From Phoronis australis (Eukaryota > Animalia > Phoronida), in the NCBI GenBank assembly GCA_002633005.1, contig NMRA01000405.1:208702-272701 (forward strand): a stretch of DNA of 64,000 nt. The letters run 5' to 3'. Each line of letters starts with the position of its first letter. The stretch's first letter is position 1. The translations under genes and the position numbers were made by a program. Below, one piece after another: positions 40,399-52,499 of this stretch. The notes under the pieces were generated by a model. It saw only the letters and a list, made by a program, of their open reading frames with translations. It did no database searches and had not been told where the DNA came from.

Positions 40399-41020
40399 AA
40401 ATTGGTTAAACGCACGACACTTTTCATTGTTCACAGTTCCGTTACGTTCGTATCTTCGGAACAAAACTCAACTCTCAACTGAACATAGATAAAGTAACTG
40501 ACTAAACGAACGTAAAATCACTTGTCAAGAAATTGTGGAAAACACGTGAATTCTCTACCTGGAGCACAATGGGCTGCGATTGAAAGTACTATAGTCCCTC
40601 TTGTTTGCGTGACTTTCCTGTTACCCCCCCCCCCTTCATTAGTCATTCTTTGTAGTATTTCACACCCGCCGTGTTCCACTGTGTGTGTCATCAGCTTATG
40701 CTCTGTGGTGGCATTACTGCGTCATTTTATCTCCACTTGAGAATGAAACAAGTATGTTTCGAAATATCGTGTGTCTTTTAATTATGTCGCTAGGTCAGTT
40801 ACTGTATCTATGCTCAGTTGAGAGTAGAGTTTTGTTCCGAAGGTACGAACGAAGGTGCGAACGTAACGGAATAAAGACTGTGAACAATGAAAAGTATCGT
40901 GCGTTTAACCAATTCTGTATAACCGAAAACTTGCTCCCGAAGTACAGCCATAAATGTATGAATATGTAAATATATAATTATATATACATAAACATATACA
41001 TATACATAAATATATATATT
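40395..41020. mobile_element. Head-to-head inverted Penelope pseudo-LTR pair, each running into (TA)-rich microsatellite
   Basis: 40398-40505 (minus) is an inverted copy of about 40790-40915 (plus). The plus copy encodes MSLGQLLYLCSVESRVLFRRYER...FNQFCITENLLPKYS, similar to the peptide at 36180-36305. Confidence 0.75.
40734..40771 (+). ncRNA. Minimal type I hammerhead ribozyme, U3-A8 core variant
   Basis: CAC-TTGAGAA-T-GAAAC-AAGTAT-GTTTC-GAAA-TA-TC-GTG: helix I CAC/GTG, perfect 5-bp helix II, palindromic ATAT helix III and an AUC cleavage triplet. It lies about 12 nt upstream of the pLTR ATG. Confidence 0.7.
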
Positions 41021-41559
41021 ACATGCCAAGCTTAAAATCAAATTCTCTCTAGTCTTTCCTTTCTCGACATCACTACTAAGATCAGTGGTGGGTGCTCATC
41101 CGTAAGAAGATGGCACTTGACCCTGGTGATGTTCCCCTGGTAGGCATACTAATGATTACTTTATCATTAGCAACCACGGTCCAATTAGTTACATTTCCAA
41201 CTGCTTTGGACATAATGGCGTCCAGAAACTGTGCTAGTCCACTTCCTGTTCGGTCATTAGCGCTACTTCACTTCTTAACTATATTCAGAATAGATATTGA
41301 TTAAGTAATTAGTAAGAATAGATCCATTTTAAGTTGCCCAAAATTTGTGCATATGTACTTTTAAACCATGGGGTCAAACTTGTTGACATGTACTTTAACG
41401 TCAAAATCTATTTTTAGATGGTGTTTTGGGGTCAAAGCACTAGAAATTCTAGAAATTTCTGAGAACAAATCTTAGCAGCCAATGATATGATTTGATATGA
41501 TCATGTGGTTTTTATTATCCAGTCGGTAAATAAGTAGATACCTGTAATACCTGCCACGG

Positions 41560-42746
41560 ACAGGATCATTGGGGATATGCTGGTGCATTAATCCCCTCCC
41601 CAGACCATCCCCGTGACAGCAGAAGGCGCAGAACTCCAGGGCTGATGTTGCCTGTAAGCATTTGATTAGACAGCACTCGGGCACGGCTCTTCTTGTGACT
41701 CTTCGCAGCATGGCCATAAATAATACCGGCTTCGAGCAGTCGGCTGCCATCATTGAACTCAGCCAGTTGGGATGCAGTCTGCTCGTGGTTGCGTTTGCGG
41801 GCCAGCAGCTTAACGTCAGCCGAATATAAGTAGAGGGGTTGGTTGGTGGTGCATGAGCCAGCGAGGTAATCTGCACGCTCATTAATCAAGACACCGGCGT
41901 GCCAAGGTACGAAAGACCAGATCACTACATGATGAGGGTGGTGTGATCGGAAGACACCCCAGTTGGCTGGGAGGTTTCCAGATTGAACTTTCATCAACAC
42001 TGCCATGGAATCGGTGGCAAAGATAATGGTGTGATTCTCCAGGTCTAGGAGTGACAGCTTGGTTAGGGCACGTTGTACAACTGTATAGCCTCAAACTCCA
42101 TCCGCGTACTGCTTGTGTATACATGGTGGCAGCCACTACCTTCCGCAATGACGTTGTTAGCACAGCGTATTTGATAACCCCATCCCGCACGATTAGTTTC
42201 ACCATCGAAGGATCCATCAGTTGCTACAATGATCGCGCAAGATGCTCATTGGCTGCCAGTACAAGAACTTGGTGAGGAACCGAATGTCATCATTGATTTC
42301 AACAGGGAAGCTCGGGAATGGCCTCCTGGAGTAGCCCAAGCATTATGCCGTCAGCAATGGCGTGATCTTGGCGGTATTAATGCTAAATAAGTAGAATATT
42401 ATAATATGGGCTAAAATTAAGAAGCTATTCAGATGAGCTATAGTAGTTGAAGCATAAAGACTTGCTACAGCGTACAGAAGAAATTGTACAGCAGAGCCAT
42501 CTCGTGGAAGATTCTAAAGAGGACCTTGGCAAGGGCAAGGGTTAACGAACAGGAAGTTAACTAAGAGCTTGTCATTTGCATCGTGGATGGTGCGATACTG
42601 CCTGAAGTGTTGCGTCACCAGAGACTGTGACCAGCAAGAAGAATCGTGGGTAGACGAAAGTGCCTGCAAGTGTTGCGTCACCAGGGACTGTGACCAGCAA
42701 GTACACTGTCGCAATACAGTGTGTGAAGTTTGAAGATTCACCAACA
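41560..42746 (-). mobile_element. Decayed Ty3/Gypsy LTR element (candidate LTR plus gag remnant)
   Basis: A TGTTGG start at about 42746 on the minus strand, then gag-like remnants EINDD..TKFLY, KYAVLTTSL, KPPSQL, ERADYL and a degenerate Cys/His knuckle (FCAFCCHGDGLG), across frameshifts. Confidence 0.45.
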
Positions 42747-43345
42747 AGTGGAGAGTCCTACAGCTTGGATAGCATATAAGACATTTGATTACTTTGGTTG
42801 ATTGATTGAAGTAATCTTTAAAGAGGGCGCTAGCATAATTACTCTTCTTTGTAGTTGATTACATTAATTAACAACAGGTTTCACTTGTATAATTTGTGGC
42901 TATCATGTAAAAAATAAAATTAATTACTGGATTTTATCATTCTCTCTCCATCTACACACAATCTCAAAGCATAACTGCCTTTTAAACAAACCGACAGTCA
43001 ATTTTTTACATATTTCTCAAACCCTGTTTTCCTTTTATTGATCTTCTTTTTGAATACTTTAATTTCTATTCATTTTTCAATTTTTCATTTGTTTATTTAT
43101 ATAAAGGATACCTCCGTGATAGCGGTCGAAGGTCCCTGCCTGCTTGCCTGCCTGTCTGCCTGCCTGCTTGCCTGCCTGCCTCCCTCCCTCTCTCTCTCAA
43201 ACCCTGCCTTCACCCCTCTCTCTCTAATCCTCACTCCCCCTCCCTCCTCTCCACCTCCCCTCCCCTGCCACTTTCCCTATTCCTTCCCCCGTAAACACAC
43301 CATTCTGCGGCACACAATAGTGTGACCCAAGGACAAACCTCTTAA

Positions 43346-44669
43346 AGGCGAAGGCAACCTTTTTCCATGTCATTTTGAGCTAAAATAAGGTTGGTTGGTT
43401 ATCCTAGACATATTTTTCACTTAATTACAGCTTTTCGTAATTTTATTAATTATTCGTCCGCTTTTCCGGAAGTGACGTTTTAGGAGGCAAGCGCTTCCCG
43501 CCAATTTCTTTTCACATAGTCTGACTGTGAGAGCTGCCGAGTCAGTCATTGTTCTACCTCGGTTGTGTTAAGTTCCGTCGTCGTTCGCTTTCATTTACTA
43601 GTCAGTCAACATGCCACACTGTTGCTGCGTANNNNNNNNNNNNNNNNNNNNNNNNNNNNNNNNNNNNNNNNNNNNNNNNNNNNNNNNNNNNNNNNNNNNN
43701 NNNNNNNNNNNNNNNNNNNNNNNNNNNNNNNNNNNNNNNNNNNNNNNNNNNNNNNNNNNNNNNNNNNNNNNNNNNNNNNNNNNNNNNNNNNNNNNNNNNN
43801 NNNNNNNNNNNNNNNNNNNNNNNNNNNNNNNNNNNNNNNNNNNNNNNNNNNNNNNNNNNNNNNNNNNNNNNNNNNNNNNNNNNNNNNNNNNNNNNNNNNN
43901 NNNNNNNNNNNNNNNNNNNNNNNNNNNNNNNNNNNNNNNNNNNNNNNNNNNNNNNNNNNNNNNNNNNNNNNNNNNNNNNNNNNNNNNNNNNNNNNNNNNN
44001 NNNNNNNNNNNNNNNNNNNNNNNNNNNNNNNNNNNNNNNNNNNNNNNNNNNNNNNNNNNNNNNNNNNNNNNNNNNNNNNNNNNNNNNNNNNNNNNNNNNN
44101 NNNNNNNNNNNNNNNNNNNNNNNNNNNNNNNNNNNNNNNNNNNNNNNNNNNNNNNNNNNNNNNNNNNNNNNNNNNNNNNNNNNNNNNNNNNNNNNNNNNN
44201 NNNNNNNNNNNNNNNNNNNNNNNNNNNNNNNNNNNNNNNNNNNNNNNNNNNNNNNNNNNNNNNNNCACTGCTGTGAACAAGGTCTCCGTCACTCACACTA
44301 CTGTCACTGTGATACGGGTCACCGACTCCAGCCATTTTCAGCTTACAACACACTAAACAATCCCTAAATCCAACGCAGTTGAGTTCTCTACTAACCTATC
44401 TTGCCGCAGAATACTCGCCGATGGAAAGTGGTGGCGACAATTGGTGAAAAATAGCACAAAACAAAAGTAGAATAGAACAGATTCGCACAGTAAGCTCAAC
44501 GCAAAACCAAGTGGCGGGAAGCGCTTGCCTCCTAAAACGTCACTTCCGGAAAAGCGGACGAATAATTAATAAAATTACGAAAAGCTGTAATTAAGTGAAA
44601 AATATGTCTAGGATAACCAACCAACCTTATTTTAGCTCAAAATGACATGGAAAAAGGTTGCCTTCGCCT
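43346..44669 (-). mobile_element. Kolobok-type element with 158-bp TIRs spanning the assembly gap
   Basis: TTAA|aggcgaaggcaacc...ggttgccttcgcct|TTAA; TIR 43346-43503 against 44512-44669. The ORF start MAGVGDPYHSDSSVSDGDLVHSS is homologous to the ORF in 17076-18400. Confidence 0.85.
43632..44265. other. Assembly gap (634 N)
   Basis: Run of N; the ORF-track entries crossing it are artefacts. Confidence 1.
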
Positions 44670-45307
44670 TTAAAGAAAATACCAGCAGGGTGTCACATCC
44701 GTTGTGAAGATGATAACTGTACCGAGGAGTATATCGGGGAAACTCAACAACCGTGAATTGTGAATTAAACAATGGCAACTGAATGAGCTTTATCAAAACC
44801 GTCCATTTGTTATGTTTTGGAACAATTTCCCTTATCATAGAACAAAAAATGGACCTTTCTGCTAAAAAAATTCCCAATCCCACAACAACGCTCGATGCTG
44901 CCTAGCTTGCAGGGTTGCTAGATGTACATAGATGTCACTCGTGGGCCGTGCAGTGGCTAATGTATCGTCGCTCTGAGTGAGTCTTGCACGAGCCGGCTCA
45001 CCAACATCTACAAAACAACATCTCGGGAAGCAGAATAAGTTATGAAAAGCACATATGGTCGCTTGGCATTGCATTTGATGCCAGGTATTACAAGAAAATG
45101 TAAAGCTTTTTTCGTCTCAAAATACCGTATCTGGTAACATGTGGAGATAATCTGTGGTCGGATCTAATGCGCAGGTGTTGGCGTACGGCTAAATAACCCG
45201 AGGGCGTCAAAGACGAGTGAAACGAAACCTATTGTCAACAGTGAGTGTGTAATAGCTGCTCACGTCTTACCCGCCAATACAACATCTGGGTCTTGACGTC
45301 GGATTTC

Positions 45308-46744
45308 ATGATGTGCATTCAAAGTTTATGCTCCCTGTGTTTTTGGATATTTGCCGTTTACTGTCGTTGCATCAACGGGCAGAAGCAAGACATAAGGAAC
45401 TTGTCCAGGGATAAAAGTGATTTTTGGAAACTGAACAACAATCCAGAACAAATACATCTGGCTTTGGGAAATGAAGTATCGGAGATGATCGTTGTTTGGG
45501 CTAGTCCCGATCCGCTTCAGGAGGGAGATGTTCCCTCGGTTATCTATGGAGTGGATTCCTGGAAACTAGACAACAGGAGGAATGGGACGAGTCTCGACTT
45601 TGAAGTACCGGCACAATTTTTCAGTGGAAAATGGGTCCACGCTAACGTGCATAGTGCACATGGATATCACAGAGTGGTACTAACAGCCTTGATGCCTAAT
45701 ACACGGTACTGGTATAAAGTAATATCTGGCAATGAAGAGAGTAATCTGTATTCGTTTAAGACATTAAAAGAAGGACACACCTGGCCAGCTAGATTTATAG
45801 TGTATGGCGACATGGGACGAAAGGCGGGCGCAATCAGTTTGGGTCGATTACGTGCAGAAGCTCAAAGAAGAGATAAGGCAGTCGACGCTTTTATTCACGT
45901 TGGCGACTTTGCGTATAATTTTCAAGATAGTCAAGGAAAGGTGGGTGATTCATTCATGAAAAGAATTGAGAGCATTGCAAGTCATGTACCCTACATGACT
46001 TGCCCTGGAAATCATGAAATTTTTGGCGATTTTGCTCACTATCGCTATCGATTTTCCATGCCATCATCTGATTGGCCAATTCCTTTGAATAAAATGTGGT
46101 ACAGCTTTAATGTCGGTCTTGCTCATTTTATCAGTTATTCCACCGAAGTTTATTTCACACATAAAGGAGCTTACATAAGCGACCAATTGAAATGGCTAGA
46201 AGAAGATTTAAAGTATGCTAACGTGCCAACTAATCGGACTGCACAGCCATGGATTATTGCTTTTGGTCACCGCCCCATGTACTGTTCAAATGCTGACCGT
46301 GACGACTGCACAAAGAAACTCTCAAAAGTTCGAGCTGGACTTGAAACTCTCATGTACAAGTATGGAGTGGACGTCTTAATACAAGGTCATGAACATTCGT
46401 ATGAGAGACTGTACCCTGTGTACAATGAAACTGTCACGAATTGTGACTATGTGAACCCCAAGGCACCAGTTCATCTCATCAGCGGTGCGGCTGGTTGCAA
46501 TGAGAAAGGTGGTCTTTGTTTCGACGTCATGTTACATGCAGCCAGACCTTGGTCGGCCTTCCGGTCATGGCTACCTGGTCTTAATGGCTATGGTCGACTG
46601 ACGGTTCACAACTCAACACACCTGTACTGGGAGCAGGTGATTGCATACACCGGCCAGGTGATGGACAGCTTGTGGTTAGTCCAAGAAAATCATGCGCCAT
46701 TTAGCACTCCATTTGTAGCTGATCAAAGCAAGTGCAGTGTATAA
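45308..46744 (+). CDS. ACP7: Purple acid phosphatase, ACP7/PAPL-like, single coding exon (478 aa)
   Basis: Signal-peptide-like N-terminus after the ATG at 45308, PAP N-domain PEQIHLA, and all five metal-ligand motifs: GDMG, GDFAY, GNHE, GHRPMY, GHEHSYER. The ORF is uninterrupted. The symbol denotes family similarity, not proven orthology. Confidence 0.93.
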   Translation: MMCIQSLCSLCFWIFAVYCRCINGQKQDIRNLSRDKSDFWKLNNNPEQIHLALGNEVSEMIVVWASPDPLQEGDVPSVIYGVDSWKLDNRRNGTSLDFEVPAQFFSGKWVHANVHSAHGYHRVVLTALMPNTRYWYKVISGNEESNLYSFKTLKEGHTWPARFIVYGDMGRKAGAISLGRLRAEAQRRDKAVDAFIHVGDFAYNFQDSQGKVGDSFMKRIESIASHVPYMTCPGNHEIFGDFAHYRYRFSMPSSDWPIPLNKMWYSFNVGLAHFISYSTEVYFTHKGAYISDQLKWLEEDLKYANVPTNRTAQPWIIAFGHRPMYCSNADRDDCTKKLSKVRAGLETLMYKYGVDVLIQGHEHSYERLYPVYNETVTNCDYVNPKAPVHLISGAAGCNEKGGLCFDVMLHAARPWSAFRSWLPGLNGYGRLTVHNSTHLYWEQVIAYTGQVMDSLWLVQENHAPFSTPFVADQSKCSV

Positions 46745-47899
46745 GCTGTGCGAGTTTTCATGTGTCAAAATCATTAAGCTATCGGGAGGAAAGTGTGAAG
46801 GAGGGTGGGAGAGAAGCTGGGAAAGGGTTACAGCAGTCTGGCTAATAAGACATTTGTTTTACAGATCGACAATATAAAGGCAGTAGCGGTACTAAAACGG
46901 TAATATTACAGGGTCAAGGTTTTTATCTTCAAGGTAAAGCTACTACGATCCTACCACCAGACATCTTTTGTCTTAGAACACTTTTAAAGTCCTTTTGAAG
47001 TTGAAATCAAGTTGTTCCATACTCAGGTGAAAGTCATTTCTGCATTTGGAAATAACTGACAATTTTAATTGAAATTTTAATTAAAATTATTCGAGAACAT
47101 GCTCCATGTGTGTCGCTGAGCCAACCATGCAACAACGAACTGTCAGTTCACCGCAATCCCAGTGACGTAATTTTCCAATTCCGGTTGTTATGTACAGTCG
47201 TACAACGCCTCCAAAAATTGCTTGCCAAGCGACAATTGCCTTTTTGCCGAACAGTTTAGACGGTCGACTCTTGATTGATCTGAGTAAGAAAAAAAGTTTC
47301 ATTGCAGTTATAATTTCTGGCGCCACAAGGTTCGTTTCATCAACAACGAATCAGTAACAAGAAGTTCAACTGCACATAACATTTGATAAAACTTATTTTT
47401 GGTTTGACAGAAAGTTGGCACTCTATCCCTACATCCCTGCCTCTTCCCCTCCCTCCTGCGTTTCCTGTCCCTCTCTCCCTCTCTCTCCCTCTCTCTCCCT
47501 CTCATAAAATAGGGTTGAGAAAAAGAAAGGGCTTAACAATGGAATAACTAAGTCAAGTTATCATACGACGTGTGCGCGCTTGAGAAAGAGTCTACACGTG
47601 TCGCATTGATTGAAGCGGGTGGCCATGTGCATATTAGTTGGCTTCTGAAATCAGCACATATGCTGCCTCAGGCTAAAACTGTTATCTTAATAATATGATG
47701 CCTGTGGAAAGTTACCGAGACTATCCCGGGGTATATCAGGTGTTTTCATCCTGATTTAACAATTAGTTTGAATTTTATTTTGGTTCAAATCTTTATCAAG
47801 AATTAGCTTAGCTTCTGGTTTTCACTTTGAATGGATTTTTTTACTTGGGTTTAGTTTTTAGGTTATGACCCGACCTGTCGTCGTGCTGCAAACTGCTGT

Positions 47900-48930
47900 C
47901 AAAGTCTAAAGGTCCATAGTATGCATTGTGATCAAATGTGACTCTAGACAGGTAACCTGTCCGTAAACAAGTATTCCATATCACGAGACTTGCTGCCCAA
48001 GCCAGTACGCAATATAAACTAGGTGCACAGGTTCACAAGGGAATAATTAGTCATCTTGGGTTTTTTCAGGCTGCCCGAAATGAGACATCCAGTTTACTTT
48101 TAATTATTATAACCTTATAACCTTTAGGTAAAATCTTACTTGCAAGTCAAGAACATTCTTACGTTCGACAATATGGGTGTCGTTGCCTCTGTAACGGGGC
48201 TCTTTTCAAATAAATCAAGTGTAGACCGTTTGGAGGTTTATTGCCGTTTATTGCACCAATAGTTGCATAGTCCAATCAATTGGACTGGTTGTGACACACG
48301 GACTAACCAGCTGGATCCTAGCTTGTGAACCCTATTCTGGCAATACTAATTTAAAACAAACTACACCCCAGTTCACAGAACAAATCAAAGACAACGACCC
48401 GAAATGTAGCAAGTGACTGGGCGGACCAATGACACAGACATTGCATTCATAACACCTTTGACTCCCAGGAACATGCAAGCACAAAGAAAATTTGGAAAGG
48501 GTGACATCATTCGACGGATTCCCATAAATGACATTGTGTCCACTTCAGTAGCAGACAAAATCCACTTCACGCTTTTCTTCCATGGCTTCACCGGGTGTGA
48601 GGTTGTGTCAAACTTCAGGGACAAGACGACGGCTAGCGCATGGCAGACATGGAATGAAACTTCAGCCGCATTTGCAATACTCAGTCACCGTCCACGTAAT
48701 ATTTTAAAAGCCTGTCCTATGCGTTCACGAAAAATGTGTGTTTCTCATCTGTGATCAAGTTCAGCATCTTCTCATAATGTAGAATAGAAGCAATGCATGA
48801 ACTCTTTGCACAGAAACAGAGGTCATACGACTTGATCCCACCAACACAAAAGCCTCGAAAGGACCATACCAAACGAACATACTGTTTAGCAGGTCATATG
48901 TAGGGACAATGCCACGTTCGGTAACCAGGG
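47900..48930 (+). mobile_element. Decayed Academ-type transposase (XPG-like region) remnant
   Basis: KFGKGDIIRRIPINDI...LFFHGFTGCEVVSNF...SAWQTW (48413-48754 ORF) and ELFAQKQRSYDLIPPT...HTKRTYCLAGHM match the FHAFTGCD and IPPT..H.KRA motifs. Boundaries are approximate. Confidence 0.65.
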
Positions 48931-50949
48931 CCCAAGGTCTATTTTTTGTACTCGAAAACGTACTCGGAATTATTTTAGTCATTTTCATTCTATTTTTGAG
49001 CAAATTGATTGAGACTTCCATAATTGTGATTTTGTTTTGAGAATTGTCATGAGTAAACTTTACAGTGGGGTGAAATTCTTTGGGGCATGGGTCCAGATCA
49101 TAAAAATATCATCTATTAAATCAGGGTTGAAGAAAGTTGATATCAGATTTCTCAAAAAAATGTGGGGGCCGCAAAGAGCTCGAGTACCCATAGCAGTGCC
49201 TCATAATACTTTTGAAGATAGTGAAAAATGTTAAGAAGGTGAAGTGATTCATAATTAAGACGTGTTCTAGAAAAGTGCGAATGAACAAAACCGATTCAGA
49301 GTTTATTGTAGTTGGCCAAACCTGAAATGACAATTCGAAATTAGCGTTGGCATTGCCTGCAATTGGCGCTGGTAACGGAAATAGAATTCTATCACGGTAA
49401 GGAATATTATGATACCAAGATTAATAGGTTATAAATTCATTTTTTTACTGTTAGCCAGCTAGAAAGAGCGAAATGCAGGCTTTATCTGGTTGATATTTGA
49501 GCGATTAAATTATAATTGCTTGTGTACCTTATTAGTGTGTGGACCACTGGAATGGCCAGAAATTTCAAGAATTACCGGCTAAAAACCGTTGAAAGCATTA
49601 AGACTGCACCTCGCCTCGTTTAGCTGGCAAGACCGAAAATCGAGTTAGGGGCATTACACTAAAAATTCCTCACCGTAATAGATTTCTATTTGTGGTGAAA
49701 TTTTCATTGATCCTACCAATACGTGCTTTGCTTTTTTATCGGGCATACTTTCTAAAAGGGTTCGGTTGCATCATACTCTCTCTCCAAATGGGTTGGTATC
49801 CTGGCCAACTTATGATGGAGCTAGGAACCTAGGCTGGAGTAAGCCACTTCCCCGGGACACAATTTCATGCACTGTGCAACGGCTAACTGCCGGCAGAATT
49901 GGAACGAATTTGCATGTTAATGAACGTCGACCCTTTGTCTGATGAACTCACGATAACAGCTGCTGTAGCTAGTTTGTATTGTTTCTGAATTCGGTCACCT
50001 AATTAGCTATCATGTAACATTGGTTTACCGTGGGTGCTTTAAAAGTCAACTGTTTATTCCATCGATTCATTTCACCCCCATTTTGCTAAGTGCAAATTTA
50101 GGTCTACCAAGGTTCTACGACAATGATGGCGATTACGATGTTTACGTTTTCAGCGTCATCTTTGGTGTCGATGACGTCATCATCCTTGGCTTCATCAGCG
50201 TCATAGGCGTCTTTTGCATTGGTGATTGGGAAATAAATGTCATTGGCGGCGTTGTCGTTCTTAGCGGATGACGGTGGTTTCATGTCATCGACGTCGTCAA
50301 TATTTGTGACTTCGTAATCATTGCTGTTGCATAGGTGTTGTCATCACTGTCGGAGGCGTCATCGTCGCGTTCGTCGATGCTATTATCGGTGCTTGTGACG
50401 TCATTGTAGGTGTTAAAGACAGTCAAAGCACCCATGTCGTAGTCTTCTAGATCGTGATTGCATCGTCGTTGGTGTTGTGAGTATTGTATAGTCTATGGTG
50501 TCTCTACCTTCGCCTTTACACTCTATCCTTGGATCGATTTCGCCGTTGTCTTTCTGTATGAGGACTTTCTTTAGAAATTTCTTTTTGACATGTGTCTTTG
50601 CATAGCCTTTGTGTGTATTTAGTTGTTAATTACAAATTAACGATGAAGTAGTTTTTGACGATCCAGTATTGGAAAATCCCGCGGCTTATCGCACTGGGAT
50701 GGGTCGTTAAAATATATTTTCCATGAAAAATATACGTTTCACGCCTAATGTGCGGTGGCACTTGACGAATTTCAATCGGCTTTAAAATAACATGCAGCAC
50801 CCGTTTGCCAGCCGATGGTTGTTATTGCCGCAAGCGTAGTCCGTAACTCGGAATCCGGCATTGTCCCATTTTGTTATGACATTCGTGTGTAGGTACAGGG
50901 AAAAATGCGGTTGAGCTGTGTATGAGGTGGTTCATAGGAACAGAACAAG

Positions 50950-51165
<216 letters not shown>

Positions 51166-52261
51166 TAGGGAAACACGAATTAACCAATCAAATAAGACAA
51201 ACAAATAAAGATGCACTATGCTGACAAACAAACAGTTCTAGGAATGGGAAGTATTACTCATCTTTTGTTCCAATAAAGTGGTAGTAAACAACAACAGTAA
51301 GTGATGTAATGCGATGACTAAACTAAATGATGCAAAAACACAATAACACATTCTGCGACAATTCGCATAATAATAAACTTGAAATTCATACTCGCTGTGC
51401 CGATTCTTCACTAAAACACTTTTAGCCTACAGTTTGCATCACAGGATCAAAAAATTGTAGATGTGGTAGTTTTCTTTTGGGGTTCACAGTCGTAGAGAAG
51501 TAGGCCCCACTAAATACGTTATGAAGTTATGGGACCTCTGGAGCCGGTTGTGCCTCCAGGAAAGTGGACGCGCCACTATTTTCCCACCAAGACATGACGG
51601 TAAAGTAAAGCCGACTTAGGTGCAACACAGTAATACCGCCTACCCGCTATCACGGGTCACTCTATTTTGATGAGGTTGTACATGCCGCTGACTGGCCGAG
51701 CAATCATAATTATCACTCTGTAGCATAAGAAACGGAGGTAGCCGTTATGTAGATGCACTGTTTATAGCACGTGATGTCGACCAGCACATCGATAACATCG
51801 CGGTTAAAATCAATCCACAATTTTTTACCAAGACTCCCAAAACCTCATGAAATTATATGTTTCTATTGAGCGTGAGTGCAACTGACGTGAATTTTGTTAC
51901 AAATACAACTACTGTGGAGTCCTCTAGTGGCAATTTTCTTTGCACTTGCCTTGATATCTATCAATTTCATAATAAAATTTGGACATTATAGTTACCATCA
52001 TGTAAACGAAAGCACCTGTCTCATTTCACGCGGATTTGACTTACGTTGATCCCCCTAGTGACCCCAGTTTTGAGGCCCGAAATTCAATTTCTTACCTTTG
52101 TAAGTCATTTTAAATACTAAGCTGTTTAATCTTTGTTATAAATTTTTTTGAAGTAGATTTTTCATCTGATCGGAATGATAATGTCACCGCCAAACCGCAC
52201 AAAGTACACCTGTGGGCTTCCCACCGACAAAACCAAGTGTGGTACCATCACTAGACAGACA

Positions 52262-52483
52262 TTATGCGTAATTGTCCGCAAGAAATTGTAGGTATTTCTT
52301 ATTTCTCTGCACTCTTGGCACCTTGAACTGAGACGCGGTGGCTTTGTCGTTATCGCTGAGAATAAGGTTCTTCAAACTTTGGAAACAACCGTTTTTAACT
52401 TGGTGGACAACCATTGGCTTCAGCTCATCTCTTTCTCTCAAAATGTCGTAAAGCTCGTGCTGTTTACGTAAGTTGTCATCCAA
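52262..52483 (-). CDS. GHDC: GH3 domain-containing protein, terminal exon
   Basis: Acceptor atttcag. It encodes LDDNLRKQHELYDILRE...SQFKVPRVQRNKKYLQFLADNYA*, with the GH3 C-terminal Q.K.PR motif. Confidence 0.9.
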   Translation of the reverse strand: MDDNLRKQHELYDILRERDELKPMVVHQVKNGCFQSLKNLILSDNDKATASQFKVPRVQRNKKYLQFLADNYA

Positions 52484-52499
52484 CTGAAATAGGCGTAAG

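Noticed and set aside
43549-44367. Five long ORFs in the ORF track
   Set aside because: They consist almost entirely of X from the N gap.
45245-45307. N-terminal extension of the phosphatase ORF
   Set aside because: It starts at GTG; the eukaryotic ATG at 45308 directly precedes the signal-peptide-like stretch.
50100-50480. Low-complexity (gtc/atc)-rich stretch with ORF 50020-50271
   Set aside because: Degenerate trinucleotide repeat with no recognisable domain or splice structure.
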